Positions 1 through 10,000 of a stretch of 34,481 bases of DNA are shown here, one piece after another. A model generated the notes under the pieces. That model ran no database searches, had not been told where the DNA came from, and worked only from the letters and a program-made list of their open reading frames with translations. The stretch spans positions 1-34,481 of the forward strand of contig CAYMBT010000001.1 in NCBI GenBank assembly GCA_964388755.1, read 5' to 3'. The stretch's first letter is position 1. Every line of letters starts with the position of its first letter. This DNA comes from an uncultured Pseudobdellovibrionaceae bacterium. GTDB taxonomy: Bacteria; Bdellovibrionota; Bdellovibrionia; Bdellovibrionales; JAGQZY01. A program made the position numbers and the translations under genes.

Positions 1-1310
1 ATCAGTTTTTTATCAGGTCCTTCGACTAAAACACGAACTAAGTTTTCAGTTCCTGAATAACGAACTAGCAAACGACCCTTGCCTTTAAGTTCTTTTTCGA
101 TGGAATTTTTAAGCTCGGTGTAACCCGGAATTTCGCTCAACTCTTTTTTACCTTTGATTTTTGTATTAATTAAAATCTGTGGCACATCTGTCATCACGTC
201 ATTAAGTTCAGAGAGTTTTTTGCCAGAGGCCTTCATCACTGCAAGAACATTCAGTGCAGCAACACAGCCATCACCTGTTGTTGAGTGCTCAAGAAAGATA
301 ATATGTCCTGACTGCTCGCCGCCCAGGGTGTAGCCGTACTTTCTCATTTCATCGACGACATATTTGTCACCAACATCGGTACGCACCACTTGGATGCCAT
401 TTTCATTCATCAATTGATCAAGACCAAAGTTACTCATATGAGTGGCCACAATTGTGTTTTTTGGAAGCCGGCCTTGCTCTTTGAGATGAAGGGCAGCAAT
501 AGCAAGAATATGATCGCCATTGACCACTCGCCCATTTTCATCGGCCATAATCACACGATCGGCATCACCATCAAGACTCACACCCACATCCGCGCGATAC
601 TTCACTACAGCTTCGGTCATCCGTTTTGGATAAAGGGCTCCTGATTTATCGTTCACGTTAAAGCCATTGGGATCGTCACCAAAGGTGATCACTTCAGCAC
701 CAAGCTCTTCAAAAACAGCGGGTGCCACTTTGTATGAGGCTCCATTGGCGCAATCAAGAACCACTCGCATTCCCTCTAAGGTGTATTGCAGCGGAAAGGT
801 GTTTTTTATATCAACGATGTAGCGACCAGCGGCATCTTCGATGCGCTTGGTGCGACCAATGAGAGCTCCATCGGCTAAAAATCCGTCCATGTCGGTATCC
901 AGCACAAGCTTTTCAATTTGATCTTCAAGATCAGAGGATATTTTAAAACCGTTTGAACCAAAAATTTTAATTCCGTTATCATGATAGGGATTGTGGGATG
1001 CTGAAATAATAATGCCGGCATCCGCACGCATATTGCGCGCTAAAAAACCAATACCAGGAGTTGGCAAAGGACCCACCAACTGAACATGAATACCCATTGA
1101 ATTCAGCCCACTGGTGAGAGCTTGTTCGACCATATAACCAGAAAGTCGAGTGTCTTTACCAATAACAACTTTGGGGTGTCGGTTCACTCCGGGGTGTTTA
1201 CGAATCAGATATCCTAAAGCCTGACCCACACGCATAATAATGTTGGGGGTCATGGGATAGGTGTTAGCGGTGGCGCGAATTCCATCAGTACCAAAGAGTC
1301 TTTTTACCAT
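1..1310 (-). CDS. glmM: Phosphoglucosamine mutase; the C-terminal end runs off the window
   Basis: Absent from the ORF track because its stop lies beyond position 1. My translation from ATG 1310-1308 gives MVKRLFGTDGIRATANTYPMTP... It contains the phosphoserine loop IIISASHNPYHDNGIKIF, then GDADR, GGEQSGH and RYSGTE. The frame stays open to the window edge. Confidence 0.95.
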   Translation of the reverse strand, partial: MVKRLFGTDGIRATANTYPMTPNIIMRVGQALGYLIRKHPGVNRHPKVVIGKDTRLSGYMVEQALTSGLNSMGIHVQLVGPLPTPGIGFLARNMRADAGIIISASHNPYHDNGIKIFGSNGFKISSDLEDQIEKLVLDTDMDGFLADGALIGRTKRIEDAAGRYIVDIKNTFPLQYTLEGMRVVLDCANGASYKVAPAVFEELGAEVITFGDDPNGFNVNDKSGALYPKRMTEAVVKYRADVGVSLDGDADRVIMADENGRVVNGDHILAIAALHLKEQGRLPKNTIVATHMSNFGLDQLMNENGIQVVRTDVGDKYVVDEMRKYGYTLGGEQSGHIIFLEHSTTGDGCVAALNVLAVMKASGKKLSELNDVMTDVPQILINTKIKGKKELSEIPGYTELKNSIEKELKGKGRLLVRYSGTENLVRVLVEGPDKKL

Positions 1311-1339
1311 TTTTTTCAGAGTCCTTTAAGGCTTAAGCT

Positions 1340-3325
1340 TTAAGCAATGACTGGATCACCCATGGTGTCTGTCAATTTTTCTTGGGCTCTTTTTTCCTCT
1401 TCTTTGGATTTTTTGTCCATCTCTTCTTTGGCTTGTTTTTGCTCTTCGGCCATAGCTTTATCACGTTCGTTATGACGCTTTCTCATATCTTCCAGATTGC
1501 CGCCACCAACAAGCATAGTGACATCATCACCATCAATGGTTTCGAACTCAAGAAGGGCCTTAGAAATATTATGAAGAATCTGAATGTTCTCTTCGAGAAT
1601 TCTTTTGGCCTTATTATAACCTTCCATAACAATACGGTGAACTTCGTTATCGATCTCTTGGGCTTTAGAATCCGAGTATTCTTTACGATTTTGGGACTGC
1701 ATGCCTAAAAAGACGGGCCCTTCATTTTTTTCGTAAGCCAGAGGGCCAAGCTTTTCGCTCATCCCCCACTCACAAACCATTTTTCGAGCAATGTCTGTGG
1801 CTCGCTCAATATCGTTTCCAGCACCTGTGGTGTAATCTTGAAAGATCAGTTCTTCTGCTACACGTCCGCCAAAAAGCATGGCAATCATGTTTTCAGCATT
1901 TTTCTTTGAAAGATTGAGTCGATCTTGCTCGGGTAAAAATTGCGTCAAACCTAATGCCATTCCGCGAGGGATAATGGTCACTTTATGGATGGGATCTGTG
2001 CCTTTAAGCATTTTTCCAACCAAGGCATGTCCTGCTTCATGGTAAGCGGTGATTTTTTTATCTTCTTCGCTGATGGCCATGGATTTTCTTTCAGAACCCA
2101 TAATCACTTTATCTTTAGCAAAATCAAAATCACCCATGGTCACTTTAGAGTGGTTGTTACGAGCTGCATTGAGTGCGGCTTCGTTCACCAAGTTCGCAAG
2201 GTCTGCTCCAGAAAAACCCGGAGTACCCCGCGCAATTTTTTTAAGGTCAACATCAGTGGCTGCAGGAACTTTTTTGGTATGAACCAATAGAATTTTTTCG
2301 CGACCAATAAGATCAGGTTTATTAACAACAACCCGTCGATCAAAACGACCGGGACGCAGAAGGGCCGGATCAAGAACATCAGGTCTATTGGTGGCAGCAA
2401 TAATAATAACGCCTTCGTTGCTTTCAAAGCCATCCATTTCAACAAGCATTTGGTTCAGAGTTTGTTCACGTTCATCGTGACCTCCACCCATACCCGCTCC
2501 ACGATGGCGTCCTACGGCATCGATCTCATCGATAAAAATAAGACAAGGTGCATTTCGTTTACCTTGCTCAAAAAGATCACGCACTCGACTGGCACCAACA
2601 CCCACAAACATCTCTACGAAATCAGAACCAGAGATTGTAAAGAACGGAACACCGGCTTCGCCAGCCACTGCTCGGGCCAGAAGTGTTTTACCTGTACCCG
2701 GAGAGCCCACTAAAAGAACGCCTTTAGGAATTTTACCACCTAGGCGTGTGTACTTTTTGGCGTCCTTTAAAAAATCAACAATTTCTTTAAGCTCTTCTTT
2801 GGCTTCGTAAACTCCGGCCACATCTTTAAAGGTCACTTTGTTTTTATTTTCGGTCAAAAGCTTAGCTTTGCTTTTACCAAAAGACATCGCTTTACCACCA
2901 CCCACTTGAAGCTGGCGCATGACAAAGATAAAAAGACCAAAAATGATCAGTATGGGAAGATAGTTCATCAAAAATACCATCATGAAAGAATTTTGATGGT
3001 TGGATTCATACTTGGGTGTAATATTATTTTGCTCAAGAAGGCGCGAGCCTTGCTCGCCGATGTTACCGGTGATCATAAAATCTTTTCCACCAAATTCAGC
3101 GACGTACTGCTCTTTAATTGTGCCGTGGATTTCTCCGACATCACCGCCCGTACCAACATCTTTGAATGTGATTGAATCAATTTTTTGTGCTTCAAGAGCC
3201 GTTCGAAATTGAGGATAGTCAAAATTAGCAATTTGCGCTTTTTTGGTTTGTTCGTAAGCTTGTACCAAGATCACTATGACCACAATGGCGAGGGCCCAAA
3301 AGGCCATAGAACGAGAAGCTTTCAT
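1340..3325 (-). CDS. ftsH: ATP-dependent zinc metalloprotease FtsH
   Basis: Motifs: Walker [14 protein letters not shown], Walker [10 protein letters not shown], zinc site AYHEAGHAL, and two N-terminal TM segments. I prefer ATG 3325 ([15 protein letters not shown]) because an AGGA lies just upstream. The ORF-track start at 3397 is the alternative. Confidence 0.96.
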   Translation of the reverse strand: MKASRSMAFWALAIVVIVILVQAYEQTKKAQIANFDYPQFRTALEAQKIDSITFKDVGTGGDVGEIHGTIKEQYVAEFGGKDFMITGNIGEQGSRLLEQNNITPKYESNHQNSFMMVFLMNYLPILIIFGLFIFVMRQLQVGGGKAMSFGKSKAKLLTENKNKVTFKDVAGVYEAKEELKEIVDFLKDAKKYTRLGGKIPKGVLLVGSPGTGKTLLARAVAGEAGVPFFTISGSDFVEMFVGVGASRVRDLFEQGKRNAPCLIFIDEIDAVGRHRGAGMGGGHDEREQTLNQMLVEMDGFESNEGVIIIAATNRPDVLDPALLRPGRFDRRVVVNKPDLIGREKILLVHTKKVPAATDVDLKKIARGTPGFSGADLANLVNEAALNAARNNHSKVTMGDFDFAKDKVIMGSERKSMAISEEDKKITAYHEAGHALVGKMLKGTDPIHKVTIIPRGMALGLTQFLPEQDRLNLSKKNAENMIAMLFGGRVAEELIFQDYTTGAGNDIERATDIARKMVCEWGMSEKLGPLAYEKNEGPVFLGMQSQNRKEYSDSKAQEIDNEVHRIVMEGYNKAKRILEENIQILHNISKALLEFETIDGDDVTMLVGGGNLEDMRKRHNERDKAMAEEQKQAKEEMDKKSKEEEKRAQEKLTDTMGDPVIA

Positions 3326-3435
3326 GATTTTTCCTTTACTAAAGACACGAACTGGAGAAAGTCCCCGGGTTACATGGTTCAATTCGCAAAGCTCCATTCG
3401 TAAAAAAATGGTCTCTACAGAGCTATTTTAACATC

Positions 3436-4452
3436 TTATTGGTCTTCGCTCAATTGACCCAGCCTTTGGACGCTCAATCGTCCTGCGTCAACAGTCCAAA
3501 CTCGCCCGGCCAAACTAAAGGTGTGGTGCTTTTTCTCTGTGTCAAGACGCTTAAAAAGCTCGTTGATATGGGAGAGAGTATAGTTTTTTATTCCCTGACT
3601 CTTCATATAATTGGCAATGACCATTTTTCGATCCTCTGCCTCAAAACAATACCACTGACTCAGGATCAAAAAGGGACCTTCAAAACAGGAGGTTATATCC
3701 AGTTTTTTTTGATCTTTTCCAAGTATTAGGTCCAGAGACCTGGCCATGGCTTTAATGGATCCTGGATAGGTCATTTCTAAGTCTTTAAGCCACTTTTTTC
3801 TCACCCAATTGCGAAAGGGTTTTTGATCTTCGTTACTGGGATCTTCAAGCCAAGAACCTTTACGGCTTAAAAGATAAGCTTTGAGTTCTTCTCGAGAAGT
3901 TTTAAGAAGCGGCCTTAAACGTTCTCTGCTCTTTATAGCCATAGCAGGAAGCCCCTGTGGCCCCACACCGCGGATGATTCTCATTAAACGGGTCTCTAAT
4001 AAATCGTCACTATGATGGGCTAAAACCAACCAATCCATTTTATGATGCCTTAAAAGATCTTTCATAAAATCATAACGAAGCTGACGAAATTCGGCTTCGG
4101 ATTGGGGCAATTTCAACTGAGTCTGATCTTTTCCGAGAGGGTGATTTTGCGAGAAGTTTTTTAGAAATTTTTTTTGATCTTCACCGTCGTAATTCGAGAA
4201 AAACTCAAGACCTTCGCTGACACACTTTTTTTTAATCAGCTCATAGGCGTTAAAGCGATAATCTAAAAGTAGCTGATCATTTGTTGGACCGTGATGAAAA
4301 TAAACCACACTGAATTGCAATGAAAAATGCTTTTTAAAGTGCAGATAGACTTCTAGAAGCGCCATCGAGTCCATACCACCGCTGACGGCGACTAAATGAC
4401 GATCATTCAATGTAGTTTTAAGAATTTTTGTGAGGCGAAGAAGTAAGTCCAT
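3436..4452 (-). CDS. tilS: tRNA(Ile)-lysidine synthetase
   Basis: 338 aa with the PP-loop VAVSGGMDSMAL near the N-terminus. It lies directly upstream of ftsH, which is a common neighbourhood. Confidence 0.88.
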   Translation of the reverse strand: MDLLLRLTKILKTTLNDRHLVAVSGGMDSMALLEVYLHFKKHFSLQFSVVYFHHGPTNDQLLLDYRFNAYELIKKKCVSEGLEFFSNYDGEDQKKFLKNFSQNHPLGKDQTQLKLPQSEAEFRQLRYDFMKDLLRHHKMDWLVLAHHSDDLLETRLMRIIRGVGPQGLPAMAIKSRERLRPLLKTSREELKAYLLSRKGSWLEDPSNEDQKPFRNWVRKKWLKDLEMTYPGSIKAMARSLDLILGKDQKKLDITSCFEGPFLILSQWYCFEAEDRKMVIANYMKSQGIKNYTLSHINELFKRLDTEKKHHTFSLAGRVWTVDAGRLSVQRLGQLSEDQ

Positions 4453-4473
4453 TATTTTTTTAAGATAAACCCC

Positions 4474-4845
4474 TTAGGCCTTATCGCTTGAATCTTCCTC
4501 GATAACTTCACTTTTCTTTTTTGGGACAAATTCAATATCGGCTTGGATAGAGATCTTATGTTCTCTTAAAATATTTTTGAACTCTTTAACAATATCTACT
4601 TTTTGAATCAGCTTAGAAAATTCTGAGCCCACTTTTTGAACCAAATCATCTTTTGATTTTTGCGCCCCTTTAAGAACTTGCAAAACAACTTCTTTGGGTA
4701 AATTAAGGCCAGAAAGGTAAACTTTCAGCTGCTCTTCTGACAGAAAGGGCGAAGAGAGGCCCGTGGCCACAATTTTTTTGATCATATCTGTGACACCGGT
4801 TTTTTTTTCGTCTTCCCAGTTCAGATCCACTTTATCTTTTTCCAT
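4474..4845 (-). CDS. Hypothetical small charged, helical protein
   Basis: 123-aa ORF with GGAG about 10 nt upstream of the ATG and only a 4-nt gap from the upstream gene. I recognise no family. Confidence 0.6.
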   Translation of the reverse strand: MEKDKVDLNWEDEKKTGVTDMIKKIVATGLSSPFLSEEQLKVYLSGLNLPKEVVLQVLKGAQKSKDDLVQKVGSEFSKLIQKVDIVKEFKNILREHKISIQADIEFVPKKKSEVIEEDSSDKA

Positions 4846-4849
4846 TTTT

Positions 4850-5281
4850 TTAAACTCCGTAAAGTTGTTTGACCCGCTGATGATAGGACTTCATCATTGC
4901 AGGAAGGTTAATGCTGAGAGCTGTTTTTGTGAAGGTGGATGGCACAAAAAGGCCAAACTGGGCTTCGACAAAATAGTCAGCCTTTGTTTTGCCATTTTCA
5001 TCAGAAAGCTTCCAATAGCCACTCATGGATTTAAAAAGATCACCCTTCACAAATTTCCAGCGAATTTCACTGGGGCGAGTCTCTTTGTGTTCATTGTAAT
5101 ACTTAAAAGTTTTGATCACTGAAATCTGATATTCAACAATTTTACTCTCTGGTTTTTCTTCGATGACTTTACAAGATTTCACATCATTTAAGAAATCAGC
5201 GTAGTGGTTGTAATCAATCAATAGGTCGAAAAATTGCTCAGGGGTGCAGTTAAAAATTTCGGTGTGTTTGACCTCTGCCAT
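4850..5281 (-). CDS. SRPBCC (START/RatA/cyclase-dehydrase-like) family protein
   Basis: 143 aa. The size and beta-rich pattern (KIVEYQISVIKTF..WKFVKGDLFKSMSGYWKL..ADYFVEAQFGLFVP) are typical of the SRPBCC ligand-binding fold. Assigned by eye. Confidence 0.65.
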   Translation of the reverse strand: MAEVKHTEIFNCTPEQFFDLLIDYNHYADFLNDVKSCKVIEEKPESKIVEYQISVIKTFKYYNEHKETRPSEIRWKFVKGDLFKSMSGYWKLSDENGKTKADYFVEAQFGLFVPSTFTKTALSINLPAMMKSYHQRVKQLYGV

Positions 5282-5283
5282 GA

Positions 5284-5577
5284 TTACTCCTTTCTTTTAA
5301 ATAAAGCCTCAGCTTCAGATAAAAGTTTGTCTTTATTTGATTTTTCAAGTCCACCATTTCCGGGCTCAAAAAAATCACAAAAGTTACTGGTTTCTTTTTC
5401 TCGAATCACATCCGCAGATGTTTCTCGGCACTCGTTATAGGCTGTCGAATCATAGAATCGACAGTTTTTACAAACATGAAGGTCAGCACGGCACTTCAGG
5501 CAATCATCACGTCGCCCCACCCGTTCACTCACCTGATTTTTCTCGCCGCACGAGAAACAAAGCACATCAATAAGCAC
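5284..5577 (-). CDS. Small Cys-rich (zinc-ribbon-like) protein
   Basis: 97 aa with three CxxC pairs (CFSC, CLKC, CKNC) plus two more Cys. Packed between glpX and the SRPBCC gene with 2-5 nt gaps. Confidence 0.6.
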   Translation of the reverse strand: MLIDVLCFSCGEKNQVSERVGRRDDCLKCRADLHVCKNCRFYDSTAYNECRETSADVIREKETSNFCDFFEPGNGGLEKSNKDKLLSEAEALFKRKE

Positions 5578-5582
5578 TGATC

Positions 5583-6560
5583 TTAGACCCCACCAGAAAA
5601 AAAGCTGGGTTTAAGATGCATATTGTGTTGAGAGTCTATAAATCGCACCGTCCCCGTTTTTGAGCGCATCACCACCGACTGAGTTAAAATTCTTCGGTTA
5701 GGTAGAAAACGCACCCCTTTAAGAAGAGGACCATCCGTTACACCTGTGGCACAAAACATCACGTCACCTCGGGCAAGATCATCTCTTTGATAAATACGAT
5801 CGGGGTCTTCGACACCCATTTTTTGGGCTCTTATAATTTCGTCTTTATTTTGCCAAGCCATGCGACCCAGAAAATCACCGCCTAAACACTTGAGGGCGGC
5901 CGCTGTAATCACGCCCTCAGGAGCTGCGCCGATTCCAAGAAGCATATCAATACCTGTCTCTTGCCAAGAGGTGGCAATGGCCGCAGAGACATCACCGTCG
6001 CTGATTAAAAGGATACGGGCTCCCATTTTTCGGACTCGAGAAATTAGATCTTTATGGCGGTCTCTTTCAAGGATCACCACCGTGACATTTTGTACTTTTT
6101 TATCAAGGGCTTTGGCCACAGCAATAATGTTCTCTTCGGGGGTTTGATCAAAACTCACCACACCAGCCGCAGCAGGGCCCACCGCAATTTTATCCATATA
6201 TGTGTCTGGGGCATGAAGAAAATGGCCTTTTTCAGCCACTGCAATCACTGACAAGGCGCCGACCCCACCATTGGCACACATATTTGTACCTTCAAGGGGA
6301 TCCAGAGCAATATCAACTTGGGGGCTATCAGGACCAGCTTTTCCCACTTTTTCGCCAATATAAAGCATAGGGGCTTCGTCCCGTTCGCCTTCACCTATCA
6401 CGATGGTTCCATCAATAGAAATATCTTCAAAAGCTTTTCGCATGGCATCCACTGCCGCCTGATCAGCTCCTTTTGCGTCTCCGCGCCCGGTCAGTTGTGA
6501 ACAAGCCAACGATGCGGCTTCCGTGATTCTGACAAATTCTAGGGCAAGATTGCGATCCAT
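5583..6560 (-). CDS. glpX: Class II fructose-1,6-bisphosphatase
   Basis: 325 aa. N-terminus MDRNLALEFVRITEAASLA, then IGEGERDEAPMLYIGEKVG and ALDPLEGTN, all characteristic of GlpX. Confidence 0.92.
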   Translation of the reverse strand: MDRNLALEFVRITEAASLACSQLTGRGDAKGADQAAVDAMRKAFEDISIDGTIVIGEGERDEAPMLYIGEKVGKAGPDSPQVDIALDPLEGTNMCANGGVGALSVIAVAEKGHFLHAPDTYMDKIAVGPAAAGVVSFDQTPEENIIAVAKALDKKVQNVTVVILERDRHKDLISRVRKMGARILLISDGDVSAAIATSWQETGIDMLLGIGAAPEGVITAAALKCLGGDFLGRMAWQNKDEIIRAQKMGVEDPDRIYQRDDLARGDVMFCATGVTDGPLLKGVRFLPNRRILTQSVVMRSKTGTVRFIDSQHNMHLKPSFFSGGV

Positions 6561-6568
6561 TTATATCC

Positions 6569-6979
6569 TCACTTCTTTTTTAAGAAATCGATCAAGGTTT
6601 GTGGCAAACGACAGGCCTGTTTTCTTTTCATGTCATAGGCTACGTGGACAGTCTTACCAAAGGCGGCCTGTTTGTTAAAGCTTTTCGTTAAAATAACATA
6701 TTCAAAACTCAGTCTGGCCCCTTGAGCACTCACATTGTAATCAATTTGAATCTCTTGGTTGAATTCGAGGGCTGATTTGTAGTCTACTTGACTGCTGATC
6801 AGAGGGTAATTGATCTCTAAAAGAATATTCTGTTCTTTTTCGGCCCCCATAACCTGTTTTAAAAACTGCAACCGTGCCTCTTCAAAATAAAGCAGATAAT
6901 TAGCGTGGTGGATAATCCCCATGGCATCGGTCTCGTAAAACTGAGTCACTCTTTGGTAGCTATAGGGGTATGTTGACAT
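6569..6979 (-). CDS. Acyl-CoA thioesterase, 4HBT/YbgC-like hotdog fold
   Basis: 136 aa. The motif YETDAMGIIHHANYLLYFEEAR is the typical YbgC/4HBT active-site region. The gene overlaps the upstream gene by 20 nt. Confidence 0.8.
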   Translation of the reverse strand: MSTYPYSYQRVTQFYETDAMGIIHHANYLLYFEEARLQFLKQVMGAEKEQNILLEINYPLISSQVDYKSALEFNQEIQIDYNVSAQGARLSFEYVILTKSFNKQAAFGKTVHVAYDMKRKQACRLPQTLIDFLKKK

Positions 6980-7628
6980 GTTCAGCCAAAATCTTTCTGA
7001 AAGTTTTTAATGGTGGGTTTGTCATGTCCATTTGTTCAAGCACAGCTAAAACCTTTAAAGTCAGCTGTTGATTATTGAGTCTGGGCTGATCAATATTTTT
7101 GACCGGTTTATTTTCAAAAAATAAACTATCGTCCTCATAAACTAAGGATGCTGAGTCCATATCCATCTGAGCTTTGAACAGATCATCCCCGGTGGTCCAA
7201 AGATAAAGATTGGTTTCTCTGGGACCATGAAACCAGAAGCTAAAATCAGCTTGGGGTGAGTAGTGCTTAGGATCAATCAAAAGCATATTGATACCAATAA
7301 TTCGATCGGTCACTATTCGATCGATTATAATGCGGGATGAAACATCGATTTGATCAAACTCAACAGCAACCACCTCTTCGTTTACCCGGATCACTTTACT
7401 TTTTAATACGGACTGATCCACTTCGGTTTTTAATTTGAGCTCAATGACTTGATCCACATTTTGAATTTTTTTTTCTTTAGGCTGGGCAAAGGCGGCTCCG
7501 GTGTAGCTCATATCAAAAACCAAGGTTGTCCCAAAACCCACCACTTCAACCTGTAAATTTTTTGAAGAGGGCTCCACTAAAACCCGGGGGTATTTTCGGC
7601 GGTCTTTCATACTTTCACTTTTTGTCAT
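6960..7628 (-). CDS. PilZ domain protein (c-di-GMP receptor candidate) with an unassigned C-terminal half
   Basis: 222 aa. It has RRKYPR (RxxxR) followed by DMSYTGAAF (D/NxSxxG), the two PilZ signature motifs. Confidence 0.72.
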   Translation of the reverse strand: MTKSESMKDRRKYPRVLVEPSSKNLQVEVVGFGTTLVFDMSYTGAAFAQPKEKKIQNVDQVIELKLKTEVDQSVLKSKVIRVNEEVVAVEFDQIDVSSRIIIDRIVTDRIIGINMLLIDPKHYSPQADFSFWFHGPRETNLYLWTTGDDLFKAQMDMDSASLVYEDDSLFFENKPVKNIDQPRLNNQQLTLKVLAVLEQMDMTNPPLKTFRKILAEHVNIPL

Positions 7629-7674
7629 GGCTAAACTCTTTTCAAGAGAGGGTGAAACTTTTTATTAAACAGAA

Positions 7675-8322
7675 TTATTCTTTATTATTTTTATTCAAAG
7701 AAACAAAACTTTTTTTATAACTGCTTTCAATGAATGCTCTCATTTTCTGGGCCACTTTTTCACAAATAACTTCAAGCGTAATGTTCAAAATAAAAGCGGG
7801 AATGGGAATATGGGTGGATTCAAAACTTGACCACAGTACGATTTCAGTTTTTTGCGCTGAAACAGGGAGCATTTGAAAATGGCCGACCATACCTTTAAAG
7901 GGTCCACCGATGGCAATCCAATCCATTTGTTGGTGTTTTTCTTTATCCTGCCAAGAGTACTTTAAAATAAGACGGGTCTGATAACCTAATGCCGAGGCTA
8001 AAATATTGATCACTTTTTTTTCACGATCATGGGTGACTTCATCAAAATGACTTGAAACTTGGGGTAAACTCTCAAAGTTCATAATCTCTTTTTTGGCCAC
8101 ATGGAGCGGAACTTGTGCCACCCCCACACCCCTCATTTTAATGGTTTTTATTTTGTTTTCTTTTTGGGTTTTCACAGAAACTAAAACTTTTCTTTCATGC
8201 AAAACTTTATTGTACAGATTGGGGCGCTTTCTCCAATAGGGTTGTTCTTCATCATCTTGGGCGAGAAGCGCAAAACTAAAGAACACGGTGAGTAAAAAAA
8301 TGGGGCTAAGCCTGATCATCAC
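7675..8322 (-). CDS. Secreted hypothetical protein, SRPBCC-like by pattern
   Basis: 215 aa with the signal peptide MMIRLSPIFLLTVFFSFALLAQ. The remainder has a START-like alternating beta pattern ending in a long helix (EVICEKVAQKMRAFIESS). Confidence 0.55.
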   Translation of the reverse strand: MMIRLSPIFLLTVFFSFALLAQDDEEQPYWRKRPNLYNKVLHERKVLVSVKTQKENKIKTIKMRGVGVAQVPLHVAKKEIMNFESLPQVSSHFDEVTHDREKKVINILASALGYQTRLILKYSWQDKEKHQQMDWIAIGGPFKGMVGHFQMLPVSAQKTEIVLWSSFESTHIPIPAFILNITLEVICEKVAQKMRAFIESSYKKSFVSLNKNNKE

Positions 8323-8367
8323 AAATTCATCTTACAAAATTCTAGGACTCAATGCTATGCTTTATCC

Positions 8368-8925
8368 ATGAAGAAAATATCCCCTTGGCCCATGATTGCA
8401 ACACTGTTTCGAATTTTTATTGTCCCAGTCCTGGTTGGACTTATGATTTATCGTCCTGTGGGTTGGGATCTGGCCTGTTGTTTGTTATTTATTGTTGCTT
8501 CAATTACCGATTGGCTGGATGGGTACTTAGCCAGAAAGCTGGATAGCGTGTCGATCATGGGACAATTTCTTGATCCCATCGCCGATAAAGTGCTGGTTTC
8601 AAGTATATTGATTATGTTTATACCCCTTGGGATCATTGACGCCATCGCGGTGTTACTTTTGATCAATCGTGATGTGATCATTGGTGGTGTCCGAGCCATC
8701 GCCGCCGCCCAAGGTAAGGTGATTGCTGCGGGATCGGTTGGAAAATGGAAAACAACCCTACAAATGATTGCTATACCTGCCCTTTTTCTGGGTCAGACTC
8801 TGACATTTCTCCCTTTCAAAGAAATTGGTTATTACGGAATGTGGCTCAGCGTTCTCTTAAGTCTTTATTCAGGTCTTGAATACTTTCAGGCCTTTTTAAA
8901 GCACAGTTCTGTCAAGATCGTGTGA
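8368..8925 (+). CDS. pgsA: CDP-diacylglycerol--glycerol-3-phosphate 3-phosphatidyltransferase
   Basis: 185 aa. Complete CDP-alcohol phosphatidyltransferase motif DWLDGYLARKLDSVSIMGQFLDPIADK, and multiple TM segments. The gene ends in TGA. Confidence 0.92.
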   Translation: MKKISPWPMIATLFRIFIVPVLVGLMIYRPVGWDLACCLLFIVASITDWLDGYLARKLDSVSIMGQFLDPIADKVLVSSILIMFIPLGIIDAIAVLLLINRDVIIGGVRAIAAAQGKVIAAGSVGKWKTTLQMIAIPALFLGQTLTFLPFKEIGYYGMWLSVLLSLYSGLEYFQAFLKHSSVKIV

Positions 8926-9019
8926 GAATTTTTACATTTCACACAATTTCACTATATTTCTTTCTCGTCAGTCGGATATACCAACCTTGTGGATGCATGG
9001 AGCGTCCCAAGGGGGAAAT

Positions 9020-9844
9020 ATGATTCAAAAACTAATATTAATTGCAATTATGTCGGTGAGTTTTTCGGCAATGGCTAAGCCTTGGGGGGCTAATGGTCAA
9101 AATAAGAAAAACTTTAGAACAGAAACAATTCTCAAAAAGAAAACAATCAATGGAACTGAGCTTGTCAGAATGCACGCTCTTATTAATCAAAAGCTAAAGG
9201 CCCAAGGTCAAAATCCAGCTGATTATCAGCTTGAAGGTGTGACACTTTTTGCAAAAAGTTGGGGCGGAAATGCTACGGCCACTCTTATGGTTGGCCAAGA
9301 TCAAAGCACAAAGGTGATCCCACGGGCTAAAAACTTTGCGTTTTTTCTGATCAACGAACCCTACACATACAATGTTTTAACTTGGGATCTACAAAACGGC
9401 CCTGGTCAAGACAGCGAGCGCTGGCAAATGAGATTCTCTGGAAACATCGTCGTCGACGAGCTTCAGATTCATATCTCTTCACGCGGACGTGTGATCACTA
9501 TCCCTATGGGTGATCAGCTTTTTACTAACCAAACTCTGAACACTGTCATGCTTCGCCAAGAGCTTCAGCAAATGGGGATTAACAGCCAGAATTTCAATCT
9601 TCGTGGTGTTCGCATGCTTGCAAAAAGCCAAGCCGGCCAAGCTACAGCTCAACTCAGAATTGGTCAAAATTATAAACCAGCCAAAGTGGTTCAAACGGCT
9701 CAGCCTGGTTTTAACTTTCAAGATCAACGACCTGCTAGTTATAACTTAATTGAGTGGAGACAAAATGGTCCAACACCTGGTGTTTGGCAGATTCTACTCA
9801 ATGGTCGTGTAAAAATTAAATCCATCGTTGTTGAACTGGAATAG
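9020..9844 (+). CDS. Secreted hypothetical protein built from two homologous ~110-aa repeats
   Basis: ATG 9020 is preceded by a G-rich SD. Signal peptide MIQKLILIAIMSVSFSAMA. The internal duplication is visible by eye: LEGVTLFAKSWGGNATATLMVGQ versus LRGVRMLAKSQAGQATAQLRIGQ, and YNVLTWDLQNGPG..WQM versus YNLIEWRQNGPTPGVWQI. Confidence 0.75.
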   Translation: MIQKLILIAIMSVSFSAMAKPWGANGQNKKNFRTETILKKKTINGTELVRMHALINQKLKAQGQNPADYQLEGVTLFAKSWGGNATATLMVGQDQSTKVIPRAKNFAFFLINEPYTYNVLTWDLQNGPGQDSERWQMRFSGNIVVDELQIHISSRGRVITIPMGDQLFTNQTLNTVMLRQELQQMGINSQNFNLRGVRMLAKSQAGQATAQLRIGQNYKPAKVVQTAQPGFNFQDQRPASYNLIEWRQNGPTPGVWQILLNGRVKIKSIVVELE

Positions 9845-9870
9845 TTCTTATTTAAAAGATTATCATTACA

Positions 9871-9900
9871 AAGCCACACTCTAAAGTGTGGCTTTTTTTT
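9871..9900 (+). terminator. Rho-independent terminator between convergent genes
   Basis: Stem aagccacac / gtgtggctt with a 5-nt loop, followed by a run of 8 T. Confidence 0.75.
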
Positions 9901-10000
9901 ATGTAAAAAAATAATATTATTAACTGATTCAAGTATCCATTCTTGAGCAAAAGCGTATCTTCACTTTCAAAGTTTTTTATTCCTCAATTTAGATCAAAAT

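Noticed and set aside
390-3403. Numerous 60-110-aa ORFs within or antisense to glmM and ftsH, for example 390-644, 1382-1708, 1985-2290, 2450-2713 and 2906-3175.
   Set aside because: They lie entirely inside, or opposite, long ORFs with unmistakable GlmM and FtsH motifs. Their low-complexity or odd composition is typical of shadow frames.
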